Positions 44,414-54,493 of a stretch of 64,000 nucleotides of DNA are shown here, piece after piece. Each line of letters opens with the position of its first letter. Position 1 is the first letter of the stretch. The stretch comes from Pseudomonadota bacterium (GTDB lineage: Bacteria; Pseudomonadota; Gammaproteobacteria; Steroidobacterales; Steroidobacteraceae): contig JAYTOK010000053.1 of NCBI GenBank assembly GCA_043747835.1, positions 47,809-111,808 on the forward strand. Direction: 5' to 3'. The notes under the pieces were generated by a model. That model was not told the DNA's origin. It did not search any database and was given only the letters and a program-made list of their open reading frames with translations. Both the position numbers and the translations under genes were made by a program.

Positions 44414-45355
44414 TCAGATGATCGAGCCGAGTTTGAAGATCGGCAGATACATTGCGATGAGATAGGTGCTGACGATCAGGTATATGAGCACGCGCAGCCC
44501 GATCACGAGCCCGTTGCGCGGTTCTTCGAATCGCTCCGCGGCATGGATCGCGTCGTCGTCGAGAAGCCGTGCGAGTTCTTCGCGCAGCCGGCCGAGCGTC
44601 GCGGCGATCGAGAGCAGGCGCGGGCGGTGATCGTCGCCGGGCTCGCCTGCGAGTTTCGTGGCGATGGTGGTGGCGGTTTCGGGCGTCGCGCCCGCGTCCA
44701 GCAGCAAGGCGACGTAGCGCATCCACAGCGAGACATCGTGATCGTGCGCCCATTCCTTCAAGCCCGGCACGCGTGCTAGCAGCGGCCGCATCGGCTGCAT
44801 CGTCTGGAGGCGCTTCTTCAATTTCACGACGCCCCACAGGAACAGGACGATGGCGGCAATGAGAACCAGGAGCACGGGCGCCAGCAGCCAGACGGTGCCG
44901 ATCACGAACTCCGTGAAATGCGGTAGTTGGGCGCCAGCGCCTTCGTAAATCGTGCGGAACGCGGGCAGCACGAAGATCGAGTAGACGCCGGCCACGAGCA
45001 CGAGCAGGAATGCAAGTATCGACAGGTACGTCCCGAGCGTCGTCGCGCCGGCGAGGGCGGGACCGAGTCCGGTGCGGAAATCGCGCGCCGCAGTTTCGTA
45101 GGCCGCGTACGTGCGCTCGGGACTCATGCCGTTCGCGCGCGCCGCCGCGAGCAGGGCGGTGATCTGCGCGGAGGCGCCCGTTTCGGACTGGCCGGCGAGC
45201 GTGCTTTCGGTCTCGGTGATGGCCCAGTGGTACTCGTCGGGCAGTGCCGAGCGCAGGTTTTGCGCCGCGACGGATGCGTCCTTTCCCGCCTCGAACTCGC
45301 GCGCGAACTGATGCGAGACGAACGCGCGGATGTCGCGGGTCACGCGCACGCTCAC
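44414..45355 (-). CDS. short GspF/PilC-family platform-like membrane protein
   Basis: GTG start in a GTGA overlap with the upstream stop. One clear T2SSF-like domain and the family-typical end IAMYLPIFKLGSII. At 313 aa it is shorter than canonical two-domain PilC. Confidence 0.65.
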   Translation of the reverse strand: MSVRVTRDIRAFVSHQFAREFEAGKDASVAAQNLRSALPDEYHWAITETESTLAGQSETGASAQITALLAAARANGMSPERTYAAYETAARDFRTGLGPALAGATTLGTYLSILAFLLVLVAGVYSIFVLPAFRTIYEGAGAQLPHFTEFVIGTVWLLAPVLLVLIAAIVLFLWGVVKLKKRLQTMQPMRPLLARVPGLKEWAHDHDVSLWMRYVALLLDAGATPETATTIATKLAGEPGDDHRPRLLSIAATLGRLREELARLLDDDAIHAAERFEEPRNGLVIGLRVLIYLIVSTYLIAMYLPIFKLGSII

Positions 45356-45843
45356 GTGCGCACCCGGCACGCGGCCATCAGCATCGATGTCGGGACGGTC
45401 GTCCGGTTCTCGCCGCGGACCGTGAAGCCGCGCGGCGCCGGCGCATTGCCGCAAACCCAGACGATCGCGCTGGACGAATCGCCCGCCGGAAAGGCGGGTC
45501 GGATGGAGATGATTTCGCCCCCGAGCTCGCCGAACTTCTCACCGAGGATGAAGTTCGCGGTCCCCTCGGAGTCGCCTTCGGCGGGGAAGAAGTAGACACC
45601 TTCATCGTCGTCTACGAGCGGCGGTGCATCGGCGCGCACGCCGTCGGTGGCCCAGACCTCCGCCCAGTGCACCTTCGCGTGGGTCGCGAGGCTGAGAACT
45701 TCGGCCTGCTTCACGCGCGGGAGCACGGCCAGCGCTTCGCGCACCGTCAGCGCGCTCAGGATTCCTACGAGCGCGGCGACGACGAGGAATTCCCCGGGAG
45801 AAGCTCCCATGATCAGCCTGGAACGGCGCGTCGTATCCCCCAT
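45352..45843 (-). CDS. degenerate type IV pilin-like protein lacking the canonical FTLIE motif
   Basis: N-terminal helix GEFLVVAALVGILSALTVREALAVLPRVKQAEVLSLA parallels the pilin alpha1 helix (compare Pil[22 protein letters not shown]), but no Glu5 is seen. C-terminal Cys pair. Confidence 0.5.
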   Translation of the reverse strand: MGDTTRRSRLIMGASPGEFLVVAALVGILSALTVREALAVLPRVKQAEVLSLATHAKVHWAEVWATDGVRADAPPLVDDDEGVYFFPAEGDSEGTANFILGEKFGELGGEIISIRPAFPAGDSSSAIVWVCGNAPAPRGFTVRGENRTTVPTSMLMAACRVRT

Positions 45844-45886
45844 CGGGCTAGACTAATGGCCGTTCATCACCGCGTCTATCTATACG

Positions 45887-46801
45887 ATGCACCCCCATCG
45901 CCGCGCGCTGTTCCAGATCCACGTCTGCGTGGTGCTGTGGGGCGTCACCGCGATCCTGGGCAAGCTCATCTCGCTGCCCGCGACGCAGCTCGTGTGGTGG
46001 CGCATGTTGTTAGTCACCGCCGCGCTCGCCTGCGTGCCGCGAGTCTGGCGTGCGCTCGCGACGATTCCGCCACGTCGCATGCTCGCGTTCGCCGGCATCG
46101 GCTGCGTCGTCGCGCTGCACTGGCTCGCGTTCTATGGCGCGGTGAAACTCGCGAACGCTTCGGTCGCCGCCACGACGATGGCGCTGGCCCCGGTCGTCAC
46201 CGCGCTCATCGAACCGGCGCTGACCGGCGCGCGCTTCGAACGACATAATCTCCTGCTCGGAATCCTCGTGATTCCGGGTGTCGCGCTGGTGGTCGGCGGC
46301 ATCCCGACGTCGATGGAAATCGGGTTCTGGGTGGGCGTCGCGTCGGCGGCGCTCGCGGCACTCTTCAACGCGCTCAACAAGCGCTACCTGGGCCAGCACG
46401 ATGCACTCGCGGTGACGGGGCTCGAGTTGGGTGCGGGTTTCCTGCTCGTCGCGGCGCTCGCACCCTTCATCAGCGCGCCCGGTTCCGCCTTTATCTTGCC
46501 GGATGTCCGGGATGGGGCATGGCTGCTCGTGCTCGCGTTTCTCTGCACCCTGATCCCCTACGCCGTTGCGCTCGGCGCCCTGCGGCACCTGTCCGCGTTC
46601 ACGGCGCAACTGGCCGTGAATCTGGAGCCTGTTTACGCGATCGCTCTCGCGGTGTTGTTCCTGGGAGAGGCGCGCGAGCTCGATACGCTCTTCTATGCAG
46701 GCGTCGCGATCGTACTGGCCGCGGTTTTCGGCCATGGATTCCTGCAGATGCGGCAAGCGAAGCTCACGGGATCGTTGACCGACGAAACCCGGTCTGTATG
46801 A
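45887..46801 (+). CDS. DMT-superfamily (EamA-like) transporter
   Basis: 304 aa with about ten TM helices in two EamA-like halves. Confidence 0.85.
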   Translation: MHPHRRALFQIHVCVVLWGVTAILGKLISLPATQLVWWRMLLVTAALACVPRVWRALATIPPRRMLAFAGIGCVVALHWLAFYGAVKLANASVAATTMALAPVVTALIEPALTGARFERHNLLLGILVIPGVALVVGGIPTSMEIGFWVGVASAALAALFNALNKRYLGQHDALAVTGLELGAGFLLVAALAPFISAPGSAFILPDVRDGAWLLVLAFLCTLIPYAVALGALRHLSAFTAQLAVNLEPVYAIALAVLFLGEARELDTLFYAGVAIVLAAVFGHGFLQMRQAKLTGSLTDETRSV

Positions 46802-46957
46802 TCACCTTCATATATATCTGATTGCCTGAGCAGCGCCCTCGCGGCCGCGCTTCCTCCAGATGTAACCAATTGAGTGCGAAGAAGTTGTGGGCCGTGTGGC
46901 CCATGGCGTGGGGTGGTGCGCCCCGCGCGTTTCGTGTTTGAGTGTTGGAGGATAGCT

Positions 46958-49900
46958 ATGACCGCGATTCGTTTGGGGCCGCCCCCGAAGCAGGGCCTTT
47001 ACGACCCACAGTTCGAACATGACGCCTGCGGCGTCGGCTTCGTCGTGGACATCAAAGGCCGCAAGTCGAACAACGTCCTCAAGCAAGCGATCCAGATCCT
47101 CAAGAATCTCGACCATCGCGGCGCCAGTGGCGCCGAGGTCAACACCGGCGACGGCGCCGGCATCCTGATGCAGCTCCCGCACGCCTTCCTCAAGAAGGTG
47201 GCGAAGAAAGACGCGCGCATCAACTTGCCCGAGCCCGGCTTCTACGCCGCGGGCAACATCTTCATGCCGCGCAACGCGACGCAGCGTCGCAAGATCGAAG
47301 AAGTGTTCGCGCGTGTCGTGCAGGCCGAAGGCCAGATCTATCTCGGCGCGCGCACCGTGCCGACGGACAACTCCATGCTCGGCGAGACCGCGAAGGCCGC
47401 GGAGCCGTTCGTGCGCCAGGTGTTCATCGGCCGCGGGCCGGAGACGGCCGACGAGAACGAGTTCGAGCGCAAGCTCTACGTGATCCGCAAGCGTGCTTAT
47501 AACGAGATCCGCGTCTCGACCATTGGTGGTGCGGAGTTTTGGTATGTGGTGTCCCTGAGCCACAAGACCCTGGTCTACAAGGGCATGCTGACGACGATGC
47601 AGCTCGACGCGTATTTCCTCGATCTGCAGAACCCGTTGATGGAGACCGCCATCGGTCTCGTGCATTCGCGCTTCAGCACGAACACCTTTCCGAGCTGGGA
47701 CCGCGCGCATCCGTACCGCTGCATCGCGCACAACGGCGAGATCAACACGCTGCGCGGCAACATCAACTGGATGCGCGCGCGCGAGGCGCTGTTCGAGTCG
47801 CCGCTGTTCGGCGACGACATCAAGAAGATTCCGCCGATCGTGAACCCGAACGGCACGGACTCCTCGATGTTCGACAACGTGCTGGAACTGCTCACGCTCT
47901 CCGGCCGTTCGATGCCGCACGCCGTGATGATGATGATCCCCGAGCCGTGGTCGAAGCACGCCTCGATGGATCCCGCGCGCAAGGCGTTCTACCAGTACCA
48001 CAGTAGTTTGATGGAGCCGTGGGACGGTCCCGCGGACATCTCGTTCACCGACGGCAAGCGCATCGGCGCGGTCCTCGATCGCAACGGTTTGCGCCCGGGC
48101 CGCTACTACGTGACGAAGGACGACCTTGTCGTCATGGCGTCCGAAGCCGGCGTGCTCGAATTCCCGCCGGAGAACATCGTGCGCAAGGGCCGCTTGCAGC
48201 CGGGCCGCATGTTCCTCGTCGACACCGAGCTCGGCCGCATCGTCGAAGACGAAGAGATCAAGGCGCAGATCATCAACGAGCGTCCGTACGCGGAGTGGCT
48301 CAAGCAGTTCCTCGTGTATCTCAAGGATCTGCCCGCGGCTCCCGAACTGCCGGCTCCCGAACCCGTCGCGTTGGCCAAGCGCCAGGTCGCGTTCGGCTAC
48401 ACGTTCGAAGATCAGCGCATGCTGATGACGCCGATGGCGCGCGACGGCGTCGAAGCCGTGGGCTCCATGGGCAACGACACGCCGCTCGCAGCGCTGTCGA
48501 ACAAGTCGCGTCTGCTCTACGACTATTTCAAGCAGCTGTTCGCGCAGGTCACGAACCCGCCGATCGATTGCATCCGCGAAGAGATCATCACGTCGAGCGA
48601 AGTGTGGCTGGGCGCCGAAGGCAACCTGCTCGATCCGCGTCCCGGCGATTGCCGCCGCGTCGAGCTCGCGGGGCCCGTACTCACGAACGAAGAGTTCGCG
48701 AGGATTCGCCGCATCTCGCTGCCCGGGCTCAAGGTCGGCACGCTGCGCGCGCTGTTCCGTGCCGACCGCGGTGAAGACGGCCTGGTCGAAGCGATGGAAG
48801 AGATCCGCGCCGAGGCAAAGCGCCTGATCGAAGAGGACGAGGTCAACATCCTCATCCTCTCCGACCGCGGCGTGAACAAGGACTTCGCGCCGATTCCCTC
48901 TTTGTTAGCCGTGTCGGGCCTGCACCACTACCTGATCCGTCAGGGCCTGCGCATGAAGGTGTCGATCGCGATCGAGACGGGTGATGCGCGCGAGGTGCAC
49001 CACTTCGCGCTGCTGATCGGTTACGGCTGCTCGGTCATCAACCCGTACGTCGCGTTCGAAACCATCGAAGGCATGATCCGCGACGACATGCTGCCCAACG
49101 TGGAATACGCGCTGGCCTGCAAGAACTTCGCGAAGGCCGCCGTGAAGGGCGTCGTGAAAGTTGCGTCGAAGATGGGCATCTCCGCCGTGCAGAGCTATCA
49201 CGGCGCGCAAGTGTTCGAAGCAGTCGGCCTGCGTCAGGACGTCATCGACGAGTACTTCAGCGGCACGGCCTCGCGCGTTGGCGGCATCGGCCTCGACGTC
49301 GTGGCGCGCGAAGTGCTGATGCGTCACACCGCCGCGTTCACCGACCGCAAGCGCGCGCTGCAGACCGAACTACCCTCGGGCGGCCAGTACCAGTACCGGG
49401 CGGACGGCGAGTTCCACCTGTTCAACCCGGAGTCGATCCACCGCCTGCAGAAATCGGTGCGCACGGGCTCGTACGCGACGTACAAGTCTTACGCCGACCT
49501 CATCGACGACCGCGCGAAGAATCTCTCGACGTTGCGCGGCCTGCTCGAGTTCAAGCAGGGCGAATCGATTCCGATCGACGAGGTCGAATCCGTTGAAAGC
49601 CTCATGAAGCGCTTCAAGACAGGCGCGATGAGCTACGGCTCGATCTCGAAGGAAGCGCACGAGACTCTCGCGATCGCGATGAACCGCGTCGGCGGCAAGT
49701 CGAACACGGGCGAGGGCGGCGAGGATCCGGATCGCTACATCCCGATGGAGAACGGCGACTCGAAGAACTCCGCGATCAAGCAAGTCGCGTCGGGCCGCTT
49801 CGGTGTCACGTCGAACTACCTCGTGAACGCGAAGGAAATCCAGATCAAGATGGCGCAGGGCGCGAAGCCCGGCGAAGGCGGCCAGCTCCCGGGCACGAAG

Positions 49901-51568
49901 GTGTACCCGTGGATCGCGAAGACGCGGCACACGACCGCCGGCGTGGGATTGATTTCGCCGCCGCCGCACCACGACATCTATTCGATCGAGGATCTCGCGG
50001 AGCTCATCCACGATCTCAAGAACGCGAACCGCGCCGCGCGCGTCAGCGTGAAGCTCGTCGCGGAAGTCGGCGTGGGCACGATTGCCGCGGGTGTTGCGAA
50101 GGCGCACGCGGACGTCGTGCTGATCTCGGGCGCCGATGGCGGCACGGGCGCGTCGCCGCTCACGTCGCTGGTCCATGCCGGATTGCCCTGGGAGCTGGGC
50201 CTCGCCGAGACGCACCAGACGCTCGTCATCAACAATTTGAGATCCCGCATCGTCGTCGAGACGGACGGCCAGTTGAAGACCGGCCGTGACGTCGCGATCG
50301 CCGCGTTGTTGGGCGCGGAAGAGTTCGGCTTCGCCACGGCGCCGCTGGTCACGATCGGCTGCATCATGATGCGCGTCTGTCACCTCAACACCTGCCCGGC
50401 GGGTGTGGCCACGCAGGATCCGCGCCTGCGCGAGAAGTTCTCGGGCAAGCCGGAACACGCCGTGAACTTCATGAAGTTCGTGGCGCAGCACCTGCGCGAG
50501 ATCATGGCGCAGCTCGGCTTCCGCAAGCTGACGGACATGGTCGGCCGCGTGGACATGCTGGAACCTGCGGCCGCGATCGATCACTGGAAGGCGCGCGGTT
50601 TCGACTTCAGCAACATCCTCTACGCGCCGGACGCGGGTCCCGAAGTGGGCCGTGTCGCGACGATCGTGCAGGACCACGGCCTCGAGAAGTCGCTCGACGT
50701 GCAGAAGCTGCTGGGAATCTGCGCGCCCGCGATCGAGCGGGGCGAGAAGGTCACGGCCGAAGTCGACGTGCGCAACGTGAATCGGGTGGTCGGCACGATC
50801 ACCGGTAGCGAGGTCACGAAGAAGTACGGCGCAGCCGGACTTCCCGAGGACACGATCCAGATCAAGTTCAAGGGCTCCGCCGGCCAGAGCTTTGGCGCGT
50901 TCATGCCGAACGGCATGACGTTTCGTCTCGAAGGCGACGCCAACGATTACTTCGGCAAGGGACTGTCCGGCGGCAAGCTTTCCGTCTTCCCGAGCCCGAA
51001 AGCCACGTTCCCGTCCGAGCAGAACATGATCATCGGCAACGTCGCGCTGTACGGCGCGACGAAGGGCGAGGTCTTCGTGCGCGGCATGGCGGGCGAACGC
51101 TTCGCCGTGCGCAATTCGGGTGTCGACACCGTCGTCGAGGCCGTGGGCGACCACGGTTGCGAATACATGACGGGCGGCCGCGTGGTGGTGCTCGGCGCGA
51201 CGGGCCGCAACTTCGCGGCCGGCATGTCGGGCGGCATCGCCTATCTTCTGGACGAGAACAACGATGCGACCGCGCGTATCAACGCGCAGATGGTCGAGAT
51301 CGGCCGCGTCGAGGACAGCCAGGAAGCCGAGGAGCTCCGCCAGCTCATCGAGAAGCACGTGGAATACACGGGGTCGGAACACGCGAAGGGAATCCTCGCG
51401 GCATGGCCGACGAAGCTGCCGAAGTTCCTGCGCGTCATTCCGAAGGACTACAAGCGCGTGCTCGCGTGCCTCAAGCGCGCGCACGATCAGGGATTGTCCG
51501 GCGACGAGGCGATCATGGCGGCGTTCGAAGAGAACGCGCGCGATCTGTCGCGTGTCGGCGGAAACTAA
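46958..51568 (+). CDS. gltB: glutamate synthase large subunit
   Basis: Trimmed to the ATG with a GGAGG RBS. N-terminal amidotransferase [12 protein letters not shown] and GXGXG domains are recognisable along 1536 aa. Confidence 0.95.
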   Translation: MTAIRLGPPPKQGLYDPQFEHDACGVGFVVDIKGRKSNNVLKQAIQILKNLDHRGASGAEVNTGDGAGILMQLPHAFLKKVAKKDARINLPEPGFYAAGNIFMPRNATQRRKIEEVFARVVQAEGQIYLGARTVPTDNSMLGETAKAAEPFVRQVFIGRGPETADENEFERKLYVIRKRAYNEIRVSTIGGAEFWYVVSLSHKTLVYKGMLTTMQLDAYFLDLQNPLMETAIGLVHSRFSTNTFPSWDRAHPYRCIAHNGEINTLRGNINWMRAREALFESPLFGDDIKKIPPIVNPNGTDSSMFDNVLELLTLSGRSMPHAVMMMIPEPWSKHASMDPARKAFYQYHSSLMEPWDGPADISFTDGKRIGAVLDRNGLRPGRYYVTKDDLVVMASEAGVLEFPPENIVRKGRLQPGRMFLVDTELGRIVEDEEIKAQIINERPYAEWLKQFLVYLKDLPAAPELPAPEPVALAKRQVAFGYTFEDQRMLMTPMARDGVEAVGSMGNDTPLAALSNKSRLLYDYFKQLFAQVTNPPIDCIREEIITSSEVWLGAEGNLLDPRPGDCRRVELAGPVLTNEEFARIRRISLPGLKVGTLRALFRADRGEDGLVEAMEEIRAEAKRLIEEDEVNILILSDRGVNKDFAPIPSLLAVSGLHHYLIRQGLRMKVSIAIETGDAREVHHFALLIGYGCSVINPYVAFETIEGMIRDDMLPNVEYALACKNFAKAAVKGVVKVASKMGISAVQSYHGAQVFEAVGLRQDVIDEYFSGTASRVGGIGLDVVAREVLMRHTAAFTDRKRALQTELPSGGQYQYRADGEFHLFNPESIHRLQKSVRTGSYATYKSYADLIDDRAKNLSTLRGLLEFKQGESIPIDEVESVESLMKRFKTGAMSYGSISKEAHETLAIAMNRVGGKSNTGEGGEDPDRYIPMENGDSKNSAIKQVASGRFGVTSNYLVNAKEIQIKMAQGAKPGEGGQLPGTKVYPWIAKTRHTTAGVGLISPPPHHDIYSIEDLAELIHDLKNANRAARVSVKLVAEVGVGTIAAGVAKAHADVVLISGADGGTGASPLTSLVHAGLPWELGLAETHQTLVINNLRSRIVVETDGQLKTGRDVAIAALLGAEEFGFATAPLVTIGCIMMRVCHLNTCPAGVATQDPRLREKFSGKPEHAVNFMKFVAQHLREIMAQLGFRKLTDMVGRVDMLEPAAAIDHWKARGFDFSNILYAPDAGPEVGRVATIVQDHGLEKSLDVQKLLGICAPAIERGEKVTAEVDVRNVNRVVGTITGSEVTKKYGAAGLPEDTIQIKFKGSAGQSFGAFMPNGMTFRLEGDANDYFGKGLSGGKLSVFPSPKATFPSEQNMIIGNVALYGATKGEVFVRGMAGERFAVRNSGVDTVVEAVGDHGCEYMTGGRVVVLGATGRNFAAGMSGGIAYLLDENNDATARINAQMVEIGRVEDSQEAEELRQLIEKHVEYTGSEHAKGILAAWPTKLPKFLRVIPKDYKRVLACLKRAHDQGLSGDEAIMAAFEENARDLSRVGGN

Positions 51569-51585
51569 GCAGAAGAAGTAGATAG

Positions 51586-53067
51586 ATGGGAAAGCCAACC
51601 GGATTCATCGAATATTTGCGTGAGCTGCCGGTGGACCGTTCGCCGACGGAGCGCGTGCGCGACTGGAACGAGTTCCACCACCACATGGACGACAAGCGCC
51701 TGCGTCAGCAGGGCGCGCGCTGCATGGATTGCGGCGTTCCGTTCTGCCACACGGGCAAGCTGATCTCCGGCATGGCCTCGGGCTGCCCGGTGAACAACCT
51801 GATCCCGGAGTGGAACGACCTCGTGTATCGCGGCCTGTGGCGCGAGGCGCTCGACCGTCTCCACCGCACCAACAACTTCCCCGAGTTCACGGGCCGCGTG
51901 TGTCCGGCGCCTTGCGAAGGTTCGTGCGTGCTCGGCATCAATGCGCCGCCGGTCACGATCAAGAACATCGAGAACGCGATCGTCGACAAGGGTTGGGACG
52001 AGGGCTGGATCGTGCCTGAGCCCCCGACCGTGCGCACCGGCAAGAAAGTCGCCGTGATCGGTTCGGGCCCGGCGGGACTCGCCGCCGCGGCGCAGCTCAA
52101 CAAGGCCGGTCACAGCGTGACCGTGCTCGAGCGCGCGGATCGTCCGGGTGGGTTGCTGACGTACGGCATCCCCAACATGAAGCTCGACAAGCGTGACGTC
52201 GTCGCGCGCCGCATCGCGCTCATGGAAAAGGAAGGCATCAAGTTCCTCTGCAATGCGAATGTCGGCGAGAACGTCGAGCCGCAATTGCTGATCAAGGATT
52301 TCGACGCGATCGTGATCTGCACGGGCGCGACGCTGCCGCGCGATCTCAAGGTGGAAGGGCGCGAGCTCGAAGGCGTCCACTTCGCGATGGATTTCCTTAC
52401 GTTGAGCACGCAGTCGGTGCTGAGCGGAAAGCCGGACGAAGCCGCTATCACCGCGAAGGGTAAGGATGTGCTCGTGTTAGGCGGTGGCGACACCGGAACC
52501 GATTGCGTCGGCACGTCGATGCGCCAGGGCTGCCGCTCGCTCACGCAGCTCGAGATCATGGCGATGCCGCCGATGGATCGCGCTGAGGACAACCCGTGGC
52601 CGGAATGGCCGAAGGTCTACAAGATGGACTACGGCCAGGAAGAGGCCGCGGCGAAATTCGGCGCCGATCCGCGCGCGTATCTGACGACGGTGAAGAAGCT
52701 CGTCGGCGCGGGCGGCAAGCTCGAGAGCGTCGTCACCGTGAACATCCGTTGGGAGAAGAACGACAAGGGTCAATTCTTTCCTGTCGAACAGCCGGGTAGC
52801 GAGAAGGAACACCCCGCGCAGCTCGTGCTGCTCGCGATGGGATTCCTGGGTCCCGAGCAGGCGCTGCTCAAGGATCTCAAGGTCGACGTCGATGCGCGTT
52901 CGAACGTGAAAGCCGAGTACGACAAGTACGGAACTAGCGTTCCCGGCGTGTTCGCCGCGGGCGATGCGCGTCGCGGACAGTCGCTCGTGGTCTGGGCGAT
53001 CAACGAAGGCCGCGGCGCCGCACGCGAGTGCGACCGGTGGTTGATGGGCGCGACCGAGCTGCCATAG
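51586..53067 (+). CDS. gltD: glutamate synthase small subunit
   Basis: Cys clusters CMDCGVPFC and CPAPCEGSC. Dinucleotide fold [14 protein letters not shown]. Confidence 0.95.
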   Translation: MGKPTGFIEYLRELPVDRSPTERVRDWNEFHHHMDDKRLRQQGARCMDCGVPFCHTGKLISGMASGCPVNNLIPEWNDLVYRGLWREALDRLHRTNNFPEFTGRVCPAPCEGSCVLGINAPPVTIKNIENAIVDKGWDEGWIVPEPPTVRTGKKVAVIGSGPAGLAAAAQLNKAGHSVTVLERADRPGGLLTYGIPNMKLDKRDVVARRIALMEKEGIKFLCNANVGENVEPQLLIKDFDAIVICTGATLPRDLKVEGRELEGVHFAMDFLTLSTQSVLSGKPDEAAITAKGKDVLVLGGGDTGTDCVGTSMRQGCRSLTQLEIMAMPPMDRAEDNPWPEWPKVYKMDYGQEEAAAKFGADPRAYLTTVKKLVGAGGKLESVVTVNIRWEKNDKGQFFPVEQPGSEKEHPAQLVLLAMGFLGPEQALLKDLKVDVDARSNVKAEYDKYGTSVPGVFAAGDARRGQSLVVWAINEGRGAARECDRWLMGATELP

Positions 53068-53075
53068 GGGACTCG

Positions 53076-53218
53076 CTGCGGGGAAATGGGGACATTCCCC
53101 ATTTCCTAGCAAAAGGGGAGGCACCTGCTGCAGGTACGTCCCCTTTTGCGATGTGGCGCCTGCGCTCGTGGCGGCAATGCTTCGAATTGAAATGGGGAAT
53201 GTCCCCATTTCCCCGCAG
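53076..53218. repeat. REP/MITE-like palindromic element (family copy B)
   Basis: 29-nt perfect inverted repeat CTGCGGGGAAATGGGGACATTCCCCATTT at 53076-53104 and 53190-53218. Each arm is itself a 9-bp/3-nt hairpin. An inner hairpin is GCAAAAGGGGA...TCCCCTTTTGC. Confidence 0.85.
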
Positions 53219-53274
53219 CCTGTCCCCGTTCCTTGCGAGTGTCGCAAATCGAGACGCCATTGCAGAGAGCCAGG

Positions 53275-54462
53275 ATGCCTCTCCATTTCCGACATTGGGT
53301 GCCCGGCACCACCCTGTTCCTCGCGCTGCTGTTCAGCAGCCTCTCGTGCGCCGCCGCCCCGGATGCGCGAGTGTGGACCTACCAATACCTGCTCGCGACG
53401 GCGACCACGGAGCGCGAGCTCGCGCCGATCACTGAACACATCGTGAAGGATGCGTCGCTGCATCGGCCGGAGATCATGGACTTCGCCGCCGAGGTGCTGC
53501 TGGCCCGCGCTGCCGATACCAGTTTCCCGCCACAGAACAAGCGACGGCTGATCCGCGTGCTCGGAGCGTCGAAGAGCCGGCGTTACAACGGTGTGATCAC
53601 CACGATCGTCAATCAGTTGAACGACAGGCTCACGAAACGGGAAGCGCGCGCGGCGATCACGAAGAAGGGTGACGCCACCGCCTACGTCCCAGGTTCAGCC
53701 GACATACGATCGATCGCCGCCGAAGTCGATTCGTCGGCACTCGCCGCGAGGCCCACCACCGCGCAAGGCGAACACCTCGCGAAGTTTCCGGGAGGATCGA
53801 TCGACCAGTTGTTCGAGTGGGCGGGCCGCCCTCACCAGATCGTCAGCGGTCAGACGCGAATCAGCGACGGCATCCTCATCCACGTCAAAATCCAGCGCCT
53901 CACGTTCTTCTATCGCGGCGTTGGCCGCGTGATCTATGGATACAACGGGAGCAAGAAGGCCTGGTTGTTCCAGGCGGTCGTCGCCGATCCGCTGGCATTC
54001 GAGCAGGAATTCGCATACCGCGATCGCACCCGTGAACTCGGGCTTCCGGACGAACCGACGCTCGAGATGATTCAACTGGTCAGCGGTTACACGGCGTCGA
54101 TCAAGAGCGTCGTCGAGAAGAACTACCAGCGGGAAACGCGCCCGCTCGAGTTCATGGACACCGCCGCCGAAATTCTCGTGACGCAATTCGAGGCGGCGGA
54201 CGATCCTGTGAAGGTCGACATGCACGCGTGGATCTGCCGACTGCTCACGATGCATGGCGGGCAGCGCTACGCGGCGCTCCTGGCGCGCGTGGCGAAGGGG
54301 ACCGATGACTCGAAACTTCGACGATTCGCCATCCTGCCGATCGAGAAGACCGACGAAGTGCCCGCGGAACCGTATGTTCCCGGCACGATCTCGCTCGCCG
54401 CGCAGCGCGTGAAGTATCCCAGCCTGTATCCCGAATCGACGTTCCAGAGCGGCAGACTCTGA
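53275..54462 (+). CDS. secreted protein of unknown function, tandem paralog 1
   Basis: Trimmed to MPLHFRHWVPGTTLFLALLFSSLSCAAA (signal peptide). 395 aa. Full-length similarity to the next gene. Confidence 0.7.
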   Translation: MPLHFRHWVPGTTLFLALLFSSLSCAAAPDARVWTYQYLLATATTERELAPITEHIVKDASLHRPEIMDFAAEVLLARAADTSFPPQNKRRLIRVLGASKSRRYNGVITTIVNQLNDRLTKREARAAITKKGDATAYVPGSADIRSIAAEVDSSALAARPTTAQGEHLAKFPGGSIDQLFEWAGRPHQIVSGQTRISDGILIHVKIQRLTFFYRGVGRVIYGYNGSKKAWLFQAVVADPLAFEQEFAYRDRTRELGLPDEPTLEMIQLVSGYTASIKSVVEKNYQRETRPLEFMDTAAEILVTQFEAADDPVKVDMHAWICRLLTMHGGQRYAALLARVAKGTDDSKLRRFAILPIEKTDEVPAEPYVPGTISLAAQRVKYPSLYPESTFQSGRL

Positions 54463-54493
54463 TTTGGCGGCCATGCTGTTGCAGAGACCCGTG

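Noticed and set aside
46808-48001. 397-aa minus-strand ORF
   Set aside because: It is antisense to the 5' part of gltB.
49370-51598. 742-aa minus-strand ORF
   Set aside because: It is entirely antisense to gltB/gltD, which are recognised with high confidence. Its Arg/Ala/Asp-rich composition with no motifs is a classic high-GC antisense shadow ORF.
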